DNA of 50,086 nt from a candidate division WOR-3 bacterium (lineage in GTDB: Bacteria; Hydrothermota; Hydrothermia; LBFQ01; DSFT01). Shown here one piece after another: positions 1-9,471 of this stretch. The notes under the pieces are model-generated. The model ran no database searches. It was not told where the DNA came from and was given only the letters and a program-made list of their open reading frames with translations. The position numbers were made by a program, and so were the translations under genes. Location of the stretch: assembly GCA_965649115.1 (NCBI GenBank), contig CBFGJN010000006.1:1-50086 (forward strand), written 5' to 3'. Numbering within the stretch: the first letter of the stretch is position 1; every line of letters starts with the position of its first letter.

Positions 1-113
1 GGGGCTCTGCCCCCCAAAGGCAAAAAATGGGTATTTTAAAGCCGAAGGCTTTTATTTAGGGCGGGTGGGAAAATAAAGAAAAATAAATAATTCCAGAATT
101 ATTGGACAAGGCA
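1..113 (+). mobile_element. IS903-like MITE, right part (cut by window edge)
   Basis: Contains AAGCCGAAGGCTT and GGGCGGGTGGG and ends ATTGGACAAGGCA, like the other copies. Confidence 0.85.
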
Positions 114-132
114 TCATAATTAATATATTAAC

Positions 133-143
133 CTTTAAAATTT
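133..143 (+). promoter_or_regulatory. -10-like promoter motif CTTTAAAATTT (example of about 23 copies in the window)
   Basis: TAAAAT at 136-141, 7 nt before ATG 149. The same motif precedes nearly every operon start and two tRNAs. Confidence 0.75.
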
Positions 144-148
144 TCATT

Positions 149-1168
149 ATGGTTCTCAAATTAGAGGAAGGAGAGAAGGCAAAAAGTTCAAAAGCAATAA
201 CACTCGTTAAAGCTATAAGAGATGCTCTTGCAGAAGAAATGAGAAGAGACCCAAGAGTTGTAATTCTTGGCGAAGATGTTGGAAGAAGAGGAGGAGTATT
301 CTTAGCAACGGAAGGTTTAATAGACGAATTTGGAGAAGAAAGAGTTATAGATACCCCATTAACTGAGCTTGGTATTATTGGTGCTGCAATTGGAATGGCA
401 CTTTACGGACTTAGACCTGTTGCGGAAATTCAATTTATAGATTTTGTTTATCCTGGCTTTGATCAGATTGTAAATGAAGCAGCGAAATTTAGATATAGAA
501 GTGGAGGTCAGTTTTATGTTCCACTTGTAATAAGAGCTCCCTATGGAGGAGGTGTAGGAGGAGGATTATATCATTCGCAAAGTCCAGAAGCATATTTTAT
601 TCACACTCCTGGCTTAAAAGTAATTATTCCTTCAACACCTACTGATGCTAAAGGATTATTAAAATCAGCTATAAGAGATGATGACCCTGTTATATTTTTA
701 GAACCTAAAAAAATTTATATGTCTATAAAAGAAGAAGTTCCCGATGACCCTGATTTTACAATTGAAATTGGAAAGGCTAAAAAAGTTAAAGAAGGAAAAG
801 ATATTACAATAATTAGTTATGGATATATGGTTCATGTATGCTTAAAAGCAGCAGAAATGGCACAAAAAGAAGGAATTTCAGTTGAAATTATAGATTTAAG
901 AACACTTTTACCATTTGATAAAGATGCTATTTTAGAAAGTGTTTCAAAAACAGGGAGGGTTATTGTTGTTAATGAAGCTCCAAAAATATGCTCATTTGCT
1001 TCTGAAATTAGTGCTTTTATATCTGAAAGAGCAATAGAATATCTATTAGCGCCAATTAAAAGAATAACAGGTTTTGATACACCATTTCCATATGCTCAAC
1101 AAAAGTACTACATGCCTAATGAATATAGGATTTTAAGAGCAATAAAAGAATTGATGGAATGGAAATGA
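149..1168 (+). CDS. pdhB: 2-oxoacid (pyruvate or branched-chain) dehydrogenase E1 beta subunit
   Basis: GEDVG, DTPLTE, EIQFIDF and HSQSPEA motifs. Confidence 0.9.
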   Translation: MVLKLEEGEKAKSSKAITLVKAIRDALAEEMRRDPRVVILGEDVGRRGGVFLATEGLIDEFGEERVIDTPLTELGIIGAAIGMALYGLRPVAEIQFIDFVYPGFDQIVNEAAKFRYRSGGQFYVPLVIRAPYGGGVGGGLYHSQSPEAYFIHTPGLKVIIPSTPTDAKGLLKSAIRDDDPVIFLEPKKIYMSIKEEVPDDPDFTIEIGKAKKVKEGKDITIISYGYMVHVCLKAAEMAQKEGISVEIIDLRTLLPFDKDAILESVSKTGRVIVVNEAPKICSFASEISAFISERAIEYLLAPIKRITGFDTPFPYAQQKYYMPNEYRILRAIKELMEWK

Positions 1169-2382
1169 AAAAAGCATATTACATAACATTTGGTTGTAAA
1201 ACAAATTTTTATGATACTGAACTTATAAAATCAAATCTTGAAAAAATTGGAATTATAGAAACTGATAATTTAAAAGATGCAGATTATATTATAATAAATT
1301 CTTGTGCTGTAACACAAAAAGCTGAAAGAGATTCAAGACATGCCTTACATAAAGCATTAAAAGAAAAAAAAGATAATGCAAAAGTAATTTTTACAGGTTG
1401 TGTTGCAAAATTAAAAAAATTAAATTTGGCAGATTTTGAAGGTTCAATAAATGAAGTTTTAAAATTTTTCAATATTGAAAATCCAGAAAATTCAATCATT
1501 TATGATTACAAAAGTAGAACAAGGGCAACATTAAAAGTTCAAGAAGGTTGTGATTTTGTATGTTCTTATTGTGCCATTAGAATAGCAAGAGGAAAAAGTA
1601 GAAGTAAAGAACTTGAAAAAATTTTTAAAGAAATGGAAATTTTAAACCAAAGAGGATTCAAAGAGGTTATGATTACAGGAATACAAGTCGGAGATTGGGG
1701 TAAGGAATGGAAGTTAAATTTAGCTTATTTATTAAGAAACCTTTGTGAAAAATTTCCTAACTTTCGTTTTAGATTATCATCCATTTTACCTCTTCATATA
1801 ACTGATGATTTAATTGATTTATATTTAAAATACCCAAAAAATTTAATGCCTCACTTTCATATTTCACTACAAAGTGCTTCAAACAAAGTTTTAAAAGATA
1901 TGAAAAGACCCTATACAATTGAAATTTACAAAAAAATTACTGATAAAATTTTAAATAAAATTGAAAATGTTAGTATTGGAACAGATATCATTGTTGGATT
2001 TCCAACAGAAAGTGATAAAGATTTTTTAGAAACATATAACTTTTGTAAAGAATTTCCATTTAGTTATATTCATGTTTTTGAGTATTCGCCAAGAGAAGGA
2101 ACACCTGCTTATTATTTAAAACAAGTTGTTCCAAATAGAATTATAAAAGAAAGAGTTAAAACACTCTTTGAATTGTCAAAAATTAAAAAGCTTGAATATA
2201 TGAAAAAATTTTTAAACAAGACACTTGAAGTTTTATTTGAAAATTATAAAAATAATTATTGGATTGGAACAAGCAATAACTATCTTAAAGTTAAGGTTCA
2301 ATCAGATGAGAATTTAAAAAATGAAATTTTTAATGTCTTTATTGAAAAGATTGAAAATGATTATTTAATTGGGAGAATATGA
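1165..2382 (+). CDS. mtaB: tRNA methylthiotransferase, MtaB/MiaB-like radical SAM enzyme
   Basis: TFGCKTN, INSCAVT, CxxxCxxC (CDFVCSYC). Start placed at the ATGA overlap with the upstream stop. Confidence 0.85.
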   Translation: MKKAYYITFGCKTNFYDTELIKSNLEKIGIIETDNLKDADYIIINSCAVTQKAERDSRHALHKALKEKKDNAKVIFTGCVAKLKKLNLADFEGSINEVLKFFNIENPENSIIYDYKSRTRATLKVQEGCDFVCSYCAIRIARGKSRSKELEKIFKEMEILNQRGFKEVMITGIQVGDWGKEWKLNLAYLLRNLCEKFPNFRFRLSSILPLHITDDLIDLYLKYPKNLMPHFHISLQSASNKVLKDMKRPYTIEIYKKITDKILNKIENVSIGTDIIVGFPTESDKDFLETYNFCKEFPFSYIHVFEYSPREGTPAYYLKQVVPNRIIKERVKTLFELSKIKKLEYMKKFLNKTLEVLFENYKNNYWIGTSNNYLKVKVQSDENLKNEIFNVFIEKIENDYLIGRI

Positions 2383-3329
2383 AATTTTATATTGATACAC
2401 ATGCTCATTTAAACGATGAAAAATTATATAATAAATTAAATGAAGTTATTGAAAATGCTATATCAAATAATGTAAAGAGAATTTTTTGTGTGGGCTATGA
2501 TATAAATTCTTCAAAAAAAGCTATTGAAATTTCAAATAATTATGATATTGTTTATTCAATTATTGGAATTCATCCAAATAGTATAAATGAAGATGTTTAT
2601 GAAATTGAAAATTTAATTTCAGAAAACGTTATAGCAATTGGAGAAATTGGAATTGATTTTTATTGGAATAAATTTGATAAAGAAATTCAAATAGAAGGAT
2701 TTAAAAGACAAATTGAAATTGCTCAAAAATACGAACTTCCAATTGTTCTACATTTAAGAGATAAAAAAAATTCATTTGAAGTCTTCAATATTGCTCTTGA
2801 AATTCTAAAAAACTATGATTTAAAATCTGTTGTTTTTCATTCATTTAGTGGCAATGAGGAAATTATAAAGAAAATTTTAGATAGAAATTATTTTGTTTCA
2901 TTTTCAGGGATGCTTTTATATAAAAATAAACACATTCAAGATGCTCTTAAAATAACTAATATGAAAAATGTTTTCTTTGAAACAGATAGTCCATATTTAC
3001 CTCCACCACAACTAAATGAAGAATTTAATCAACCTAAAAATGTTATATTAATTTATAAAAAAGCAAGTGAAATTCTAAATAAACCTCTTGATGAAATTAT
3101 TGAAATTGCTTTTGAAAATGTTAATAATTGCTTCAATTTAAAGGAAATTGAAATGAAATTACTTTACGATTGGATTTACGATAATGAATCTTTAACAGAA
3201 AGTTTAAGTGATAATGAAGCAGAAAAATTTTATAGAGAACTTGAAAATTTTATAGAAGAACTATACAACCAAGGATTAACCATTAAGCAAATAAAAGAGA
3301 AAATAAGAAATGAAAAGAAGAAAATTTAG
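2379..3329 (+). CDS. tatD: TatD-family nuclease with a C-terminal extension of about 60 aa
   Basis: IDTHAH, GIHP, GEIGID and ETDSPY motifs. Confidence 0.88.
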   Translation: MKFYIDTHAHLNDEKLYNKLNEVIENAISNNVKRIFCVGYDINSSKKAIEISNNYDIVYSIIGIHPNSINEDVYEIENLISENVIAIGEIGIDFYWNKFDKEIQIEGFKRQIEIAQKYELPIVLHLRDKKNSFEVFNIALEILKNYDLKSVVFHSFSGNEEIIKKILDRNYFVSFSGMLLYKNKHIQDALKITNMKNVFFETDSPYLPPPQLNEEFNQPKNVILIYKKASEILNKPLDEIIEIAFENVNNCFNLKEIEMKLLYDWIYDNESLTESLSDNEAEKFYRELENFIEELYNQGLTIKQIKEKIRNEKKKI

Positions 3330-4341
3330 AACCAATTTAAATAGTCTTTTTGTAATTTTTATAGCTTTTATTATCATTCTAACTTCTTCAATTTTTAGAA
3401 GTTGTAAATTTGATGAAAATTATAAAACAATTGATAGCACAAGCTCAATAAAAGTTTTATTTACAAGATATGATGAAATTATTCCAAATATAAAGTTTTA
3501 TATAGATAACGCTAAAAATAGCATATATTTGGCAGTATTTGAAATTGGAAATGAAGAACTTGCCAAAAGTTTAATAAATGCAAAAAAAAGAGGAATTGAT
3601 GTTAAAGTTATAACTGATGAACAAAACGCAGATTATAAAGCATTAAAAGAAATTATTGAAAATAACATAGAAGTTGTTTTTCAAAATGAAGAAAGTTATA
3701 TGCATCATAAATTTGCTGTTATAGATAGTGAGATTGTAATAACAGGTTCAATGAATTGGACAGATAATGATATATTTTTGAATGATAATAATGTAGTGAT
3801 AATTCGCTCAAAACTACTTGCTAACAATTATTTGAAAGAATTTGAACAAATGTTTAAATATAAGAAATTTTCAAGGAGAAAGGAAAAAATAGGAAATAAT
3901 ATCATTACAATTGATGGATTAAGAATTGAAAATTATTTTTCACCGCAAGATAAACCAAGCAGAAGAATTATTGAAATTATAAACAATTCCAAAAAAACTA
4001 TTGATTTTATGGCTTTTTCATTCACACACGATAGAATAGCAAAAGCTATTATTTCAGCTTATGAAAGAGGAGTTAAAGTTAGTGGTTTATTTGAAAAGAG
4101 ACAAATTAGCAAGTTTTCAGAATATGAAAAATTTAAAAATTTAAGAATGAATGTTTATCTTGATAAAAATCCAAAAAATATGCACAATAAAGTAATAATA
4201 ATTGATAGTTCAATTGTAATAACAGGTTCTTATAATTTTTCATCTAATGCTGATAATGATAATGACGAAAATGTTTTAATAATTTTTTCAAGAGAAATTG
4301 CCTTGAAGTATTTAAATTATTTTAATCGCTTAATTCAATAG
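3310..4341 (+). CDS. Phospholipase D/Nuc-family protein with two HKD domains and an N-terminal membrane anchor
   Basis: HHKFAVID..GSMN and HNKVIIID..GSYN; hydrophobic N-terminus followed by Cys. Confidence 0.88.
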   Translation: MKRRKFRTNLNSLFVIFIAFIIILTSSIFRSCKFDENYKTIDSTSSIKVLFTRYDEIIPNIKFYIDNAKNSIYLAVFEIGNEELAKSLINAKKRGIDVKVITDEQNADYKALKEIIENNIEVVFQNEESYMHHKFAVIDSEIVITGSMNWTDNDIFLNDNNVVIIRSKLLANNYLKEFEQMFKYKKFSRRKEKIGNNIITIDGLRIENYFSPQDKPSRRIIEIINNSKKTIDFMAFSFTHDRIAKAIISAYERGVKVSGLFEKRQISKFSEYEKFKNLRMNVYLDKNPKNMHNKVIIIDSSIVITGSYNFSSNADNDNDENVLIIFSREIALKYLNYFNRLIQ

Positions 4342-5493
4342 GAAATTTTTTGTTAGTTGTTCATCGGGGATTTTCTTTTCTAATGGTAAGTAAATTCTTA
4401 CAGGAATTTCTAATTTTCTTAAATAACGAACCATAAGCGGTCCAACATCACTCCATTCAAGACCACCAAGACCACATCCAAGTGCTGGAACTGCTAAGGA
4501 TTTTATACCTTCTTTTTTATAATTCACTAAAATCCATCTTAAACCTTCCTCTATACCCTCAAAGCTTGCCTTTTCTTTCCAGTGTCTTTTTGTAGGAAAA
4601 AGCAAAAACCAAGTGTATGAGTTATTTTCAGTTAAGGTTTCCGGACTATCTGATAACACTTGATCTAATGATAATTCTCTCTTATATAGAAAAGGTTTTC
4701 CTAATGCTAACTTTTTTGATCTACACAAGTCCTGATATACTACATAAACATCAGGAAACTGATATTTTGCTCTTGAGGCAAGACCCTTACCCATAATTCC
4801 TACCGTATTAACACTTATTGTTAATGTTTGCATCCCTGAAAAAAACATATCTCCTTCAATAATTGTTAAATTTTTTGTAATTTCAATTTCACGATTTGGT
4901 AGGAAAAATAAACTAGGCTCCAAAACAACAGGAATTTTTTTATTTTTTATAATTTTTTTAGCATTTTCTCGAGCAATATCAGTGCCAACATATATCTCTG
5001 AAATATATTCAGGTGAGACATATTTCGGAACTAAACATTCAGCCATAAGTTTTCTTTTAGAACCATCAAAGTCAGACCACCAATCTTTATTAACTTCTTC
5101 TCTTATTTTTTTTAGAATTTTCCTATAATTTTTGTCATTTGAAGAGAAAAAAATTGTAAAATCACTTGCTGCATTTCCATCACTAATATAAACATCTTTC
5201 CTACTTAAAATACCAGGTCTTATCCCAACAATAACTAAATCATTGACACCAATGCCTCCACAAATTATTCTATATAGCATAGCATTTCTTGGTTGAAAGT
5301 ATAGATTAGCAAATTCTCCAAGAGGTTTATCTTTAATATATTTTTTTTGTCTTTTGTTAATAATTTCTTCACTATATATCGCTTTGTATCTTAAATTTCT
5401 TCTTAAAACTTCATTATGAGATAAAATCCCATATTTAAGAATTGAAGCTAAATTTTCAATATGGGTAATGTAATACAAACCTCTCAATTTCAT
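4330..5493 (-). CDS. darTG: DarT (DUF4433) DNA ADP-ribosyltransferase fused to a DarG-type macrodomain
   Basis: N-half has LYYITHIENLASIL, LYFQPRNAMLY, SDGNAAS and MAECLV. C-half has VNTVGIMGKGLA, FPTKRHW and PALGCGLGGLEW. Confidence 0.88.
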   Translation of the reverse strand: MKLRGLYYITHIENLASILKYGILSHNEVLRRNLRYKAIYSEEIINKRQKKYIKDKPLGEFANLYFQPRNAMLYRIICGGIGVNDLVIVGIRPGILSRKDVYISDGNAASDFTIFFSSNDKNYRKILKKIREEVNKDWWSDFDGSKRKLMAECLVPKYVSPEYISEIYVGTDIARENAKKIIKNKKIPVVLEPSLFFLPNREIEITKNLTIIEGDMFFSGMQTLTISVNTVGIMGKGLASRAKYQFPDVYVVYQDLCRSKKLALGKPFLYKRELSLDQVLSDSPETLTENNSYTWFLLFPTKRHWKEKASFEGIEEGLRWILVNYKKEGIKSLAVPALGCGLGGLEWSDVGPLMVRYLRKLEIPVRIYLPLEKKIPDEQLTKNFLLN

Positions 5494-5538
5494 AAGTTAA
5501 AAAATTTTAAAGTATAAGAAAAACTTCTCTGAAATAAA

Positions 5539-5559
5539 GGCTGTGCCTTAGACAAAGCT
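5539..5559. repeat. Collapsed MITE remnant (two TIR-like halves)
   Basis: GGCTGTGCC-TTA-GACAAAGC. Confidence 0.5.
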
Positions 5560-5560
5560 A

Positions 5561-6004
5561 TTAAAATTTTCCAATAAAGTCTTCTATATGGATAAATTTC
5601 AAATTATAGCATTTTGCTAATTGACTATCAACAGTACTATCACCAACAATAATTGAATTTTCTATTTCAATTCTATATTTATATATAATTTTCTTCAAAA
5701 AATAGCATTTTGGTTTTCTACAAGGACAATTTTCATTTGGATGATGAATACAATAAAAAACTTCTCTAAACTTTATTGGATAAATTAAATTTTCAAGGTG
5801 TCTATGAATTTCCATTAAATTTATTAAGGAATAATATCCTCTTTTTATGCCTGATTGATTACTTATTAGAAAGAACTCATAAGTTTTATAAAATTTAAGC
5901 ATTTTTTCTTTTATTCCTTTTTTTAACTTTATTTGCCAAGGGTATTTTGGATAATGAGAATTTTCAATTATCGTTCCATCTCTATCAAAAATAATTGCTT
6001 TCAT
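5561..6004 (-). CDS. gmhB: HAD-IIIA phosphatase, D,D-heptose-1,7-bisphosphate phosphatase-like
   Basis: FDRDGT, SNQSG, CxHHPxxxCxCRKP and VGDS. Start at the second Met (MKAIIFD). Confidence 0.8.
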   Translation of the reverse strand: MKAIIFDRDGTIIENSHYPKYPWQIKLKKGIKEKMLKFYKTYEFFLISNQSGIKRGYYSLINLMEIHRHLENLIYPIKFREVFYCIHHPNENCPCRKPKCYFLKKIIYKYRIEIENSIIVGDSTVDSQLAKCYNLKFIHIEDFIGKF

Positions 6005-6716
6005 AAATCTTACCTTCATTTACAATTTCAATATCAGACCATAAAATTGCTTTATCTTTCAAAATTTCTATAAATATTGGTTTTTTGGATTTTGGAATTA
6101 CTTCAATATAATCTAACTTTTTCTCCTTTGAGTAATTTAAAGCACAGGCTAACGAGCCTGTAGCACAACTTAGAGCTTCCTTCATGTGGCCATACTCCCA
6201 GGTTCTAATAGCAATTTTTCCTAATTCAATTTCACTATATATATTAAAGTGCTCATCAGAACTTTTAAAAAATTCATTAGCTTCATTTTCCAAATCAAAA
6301 TTATCTATATCCTCTACTCTTCTTACATGATGTTTAACACCAATCTCAAAATTTTCAAATTCCAAACCTATGAAAGCTAACTTTTCTTTTAATTCCTTAA
6401 TTATTGTCTTCTTTATACCAACATCAGTTTCAATAATCATTTCATTTTTTTCATTTCCACAAATATAATTTAGAAATGATAATGACCTTACTGCATGACC
6501 ACAAAATGGAACATCATAACCCATATAGTTTATATATAAAAATTTGAAATCGTAATTCTTTGAAGGTAAATTTGTAATAATCCCATCAGCTCCTATGTTT
6601 CTTCTATCACATACTTTTCTTGCAAAATCATATGGATTTTCTATTTTTTTAAAATTATCATAACTTATAGCAATAAAATCATTTCCACAAGCATCCATCT
6701 TTCTATAATAAATCAT
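5985..6716 (-). CDS. DapF-fold epimerase/racemase, diverged
   Basis: KMxxxGNDF, GADG, PFCGH, RTWEYG and SCATG; both catalytic Cys present. Confidence 0.75.
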   Translation of the reverse strand: MIYYRKMDACGNDFIAISYDNFKKIENPYDFARKVCDRRNIGADGIITNLPSKNYDFKFLYINYMGYDVPFCGHAVRSLSFLNYICGNEKNEMIIETDVGIKKTIIKELKEKLAFIGLEFENFEIGVKHHVRRVEDIDNFDLENEANEFFKSSDEHFNIYSEIELGKIAIRTWEYGHMKEALSCATGSLACALNYSKEKKLDYIEVIPKSKKPIFIEILKDKAILWSDIEIVNEGKIYESNYF

Positions 6717-6752
6717 ATTGAAAATTTTAAAGTTTAGAAGGCAAATAAATAA

Positions 6753-6930
6753 TGCTTTGTCCAGTAATTATTGTCAATCACCTGATAATCAATAACTTAT
6801 AAAATTTTTAGGGAAATTATAGATTTAATGGGGGGATTTTAGGGGGGCGAAGTTTAAGCCGAAGGCTTAAATATAGGGTGGGTGGGAAAATATAGAAATA
6901 ATCTATATTTCCGAATTACTAGACAAAGCA
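6753..6930 (+). mobile_element. IS903-like MITE, 178 bp, flanked by 9-bp TSD AATAAATAA
   Basis: TIRs TGCTTTGTCCAGTAAT / ATTACTAGACAAAGCA; AATAAATAA at 6744-6752 and 6931-6939. Confidence 0.9.
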
Positions 6931-6939
6931 AATAAATAA

Positions 6940-7143
6940 TGCTTTGTCCAATAAATAATGATAAGTCCTTGATTATCAATAGTTTATAAAAATTTTAAAG
7001 AAGTTATAGATTTAATGGGGGGTCTAATGGGGGGCAAAGCCCCCCAAAGCCTAAAAATGGGCATTTATAAGCCGAAGGCTTATTATTAGGGTGGGTGGGA
7101 AAAATAAGAAAAATAAATAATTCCAGAATTATTAGACACAGCA
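6940..7143 (+). mobile_element. IS903-like MITE, 204 bp, in tandem with the previous copy
   Basis: TIRs TGCTTTGTCCAATAA / TTATTAGACACAGCA; AATAAATAA again at 7144-7152. Confidence 0.9.
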
Positions 7144-7178
7144 AATAAATAAATAATTGAGGCATTAAAATTTTAAAA

Positions 7179-8015
7179 ATGATTTTTATTCTTGTTTTAG
7201 GACTTATTCTTGAATTTGTTCTATACTTTTCATTAAAAGATTTGAATATAAATCCAACAATTTTTAAAATTGGTGAATTACAAATCAGATATTATGGATT
7301 AATGTACATCATAGCTATTGGCCTTGCTTTGTTCTTTTTAAGAAGGGATTTTGAAAAGTTTAAAATAAATATAAATTATAAGGAGTTTGAAGATGCTGCA
7401 TTTTGGACAATTATTATAGCAATAATTGGGGCAAGAATTTATCATGTTATTCCTAATTGGGATTACTACTCTAAAAATCCTTTTGAAATTATAGCAATTT
7501 GGCATGGAGGTCTTGCTATTTATGGTGGAATAATTGGGGGTCTAATTGGTGGATATATTATCTGTAAAATTAAAAAATGGAATTTTTTAAAATTAGCTGA
7601 TATTGTAATGCCTTATTTGGCACTTGGTCAAGCCATTGGAAGGTGGGGAAACTTCTTTAATAAAGAAGCTTATGGACCTCCAACAAATTTACCATGGGCA
7701 ATATATATTCCTCCTGAAAATAGGATAAAAGGTTTTGAAAATTACGATTATTTTCACCCTACATTTTGGTACGAAAGTATTTTAAATTATATAAACTTTG
7801 TTATTCTTCTATTTTTCAGAAATTCAAAATTTTATAAAAATGATGGTCAAGTTTTATCGCTATATATATTAAACTACGGAATAATTAGATTTTTCATTGA
7901 ATTTCAAAGATTTGATACAGATAAATTTCTTGGAATAAGAATTGCTCACATATTCTCAATTATTGCTATTATTATTGGTATTTTAGGGTTTCTTATTTCA
8001 AGTAGAAGAAAATGA
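7179..8015 (+). CDS. lgt: Prolipoprotein diacylglyceryl transferase
   Basis: IRYYGL, GARIYH, WHGGL, GRWGNFFN and HPTFWYES. Confidence 0.95.
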   Translation: MIFILVLGLILEFVLYFSLKDLNINPTIFKIGELQIRYYGLMYIIAIGLALFFLRRDFEKFKININYKEFEDAAFWTIIIAIIGARIYHVIPNWDYYSKNPFEIIAIWHGGLAIYGGIIGGLIGGYIICKIKKWNFLKLADIVMPYLALGQAIGRWGNFFNKEAYGPPTNLPWAIYIPPENRIKGFENYDYFHPTFWYESILNYINFVILLFFRNSKFYKNDGQVLSLYILNYGIIRFFIEFQRFDTDKFLGIRIAHIFSIIAIIIGILGFLISSRRK

Positions 8016-9172
8016 AAAGTTTAAAAATTTTATTTGTTTCTGATATATTTTATCCACATCCAGGTGGAATTAGTGAGCATATTGATAGTTTAGCAAGATA
8101 TTTAAGGAAAAGAGGACATTTAACTTATATTTTAACTGCTAATTTTAGCTCAGGAGTTGATTATAAAGACCCTGATTATGTTATAAGAGTTGGAAAAGCA
8201 TTTAAAATTCCTATTAATAAATCAATAGGTTCAATAACATTATCTCCAAAATTAAACAAACTTGTTAAAGAAATTGTTCAAAAAAACAATTATGATATTA
8301 TTCATATTCACGGACCAATAGCCCCTGTTCTTCCAATGCTTGCAATAAAGTATTCAAAGTCAATAAATGTAGCCACATTTCATTCCGCTCATGATGAAGT
8401 TTTACTTTACAGAATATTCAAAGGTTATTTAGAGAATTATTTTAAAAAGCTTCATGGAAGAATAGCTGTTTCTGAAGTCGCTAAAAGAAGTATAAGCAGA
8501 TATTTTGATGGAGAATATAGAATAATACCTAATGGTGTTGATATCCACAGATTTAATCCTAATAATGAAAAAATTGATTGGTTAATTAATGACAATTCAA
8601 AAAAAATTTTATTTGTAGGAAGAATAGAGCCAAGAAAGGGTTTAAAATACCTTATATTAGCTTTTAATGAAGTTGTTAAATTCATTAGTGATATTAAACT
8701 AATCGTTGTCGGAGATGGTCCTTTTAAAATTTTGTATGAACAATATATAAATAAAAATATTGAAGATAAAGTAATTTTCGTAGGTAAAGTTGGATATGAC
8801 GAACTTCCTAAATTTTATGTTAGTTGTGATGTTTTCGTTTCTCCCGCTACTGAAAAAGAAAGTTTTGGAATTGTTTTACTTGAAGCAATGGCTTCAAAAA
8901 TTCCTGTTATTGCTTCTGATATTGAAGGATATAGGCAGATTATAGAAGATGAAGTTAATGGCTTCCTTTTTGAAAGCGAAAATTATAAAAATTTAGCAGA
9001 TAAAATTATTATGGTTTTAAAAAATAAAAACTTTGTAAATAAAGTTGTTGAAAATGCTTATAAGATAGTTGTTGAAAAATATAGTTGGGAATCTGTATCA
9101 AAACAGATTGAAAACTACTATTATGAACTTATAAGTAAGCTTTCAAAAATAGATAGCAAAGCCAATCAATAA
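8012..9172 (+). CDS. GT4 glycosyltransferase, PimA-like
   Basis: GGISEH, ATFH, FVGRIEPRKG and ESFGIVLLEAMA. Confidence 0.88.
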   Translation: MKSLKILFVSDIFYPHPGGISEHIDSLARYLRKRGHLTYILTANFSSGVDYKDPDYVIRVGKAFKIPINKSIGSITLSPKLNKLVKEIVQKNNYDIIHIHGPIAPVLPMLAIKYSKSINVATFHSAHDEVLLYRIFKGYLENYFKKLHGRIAVSEVAKRSISRYFDGEYRIIPNGVDIHRFNPNNEKIDWLINDNSKKILFVGRIEPRKGLKYLILAFNEVVKFISDIKLIVVGDGPFKILYEQYINKNIEDKVIFVGKVGYDELPKFYVSCDVFVSPATEKESFGIVLLEAMASKIPVIASDIEGYRQIIEDEVNGFLFESENYKNLADKIIMVLKNKNFVNKVVENAYKIVVEKYSWESVSKQIENYYYELISKLSKIDSKANQ

Positions 9173-9252
9173 CTCAAAAACGGGGTATTTATAAAACTTT
9201 GCTTCATTTTCAGAGTGGATACAGATATTAAACTTTAAAATTTTATTACTTT

Positions 9253-9471
9253 ATGATTGGAGAAATTGGAAAGTTATTTATTATTATAGGAATTATATTC
9301 TTAATTTTTGGTGTTTTGATTTCCATTTTTCCCAAGTTTAAGTTGCCAGGTGATATTCTTATTCAGAAAGATAACTTTACATTTTATTTTCCAATTGGAA
9401 CATCTATTTTAATATCAATAATTCTAAGCTTCATTTTAACAATTATATTTTTATTGTTCCGAAAGCAATAA
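9253..9471 (+). CDS. DUF2905-family small membrane protein
   Basis: LPGDI and FYFPIGTSILIS pattern; preceded by the promoter motif. Confidence 0.85.
   Translation: MIGEIGKLFIIIGIIFLIFGVLISIFPKFKLPGDILIQKDNFTFYFPIGTSILISIILSFILTIIFLLFRKQ

Noticed and set aside
101..141. TIR TRGACA acting as an outward-facing -35 box
   Set aside because: It lies about 27 nt from the -10 hexamer, not 16-18 nt.
2379..5493. tatD-PLD-darTG as one defence system
   Set aside because: darTG is convergent with its own promoter, tatD/PLD belong to a housekeeping operon, and the PLD looks membrane-anchored; adjacency alone is weak evidence in a shuffled genome.
6744..7152. CRISPR array interpretation of the repeated intergenic units
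   Set aside because: Units are 150-200 bp with TIRs, separated by identical 9-bp duplications rather than unique spacers; no cas genes in the window.
9173..9230. Possible MITE relic (GGGGTATTTATAAA, TGGATACAGATA)
   Set aside because: Too degenerate to call with confidence.
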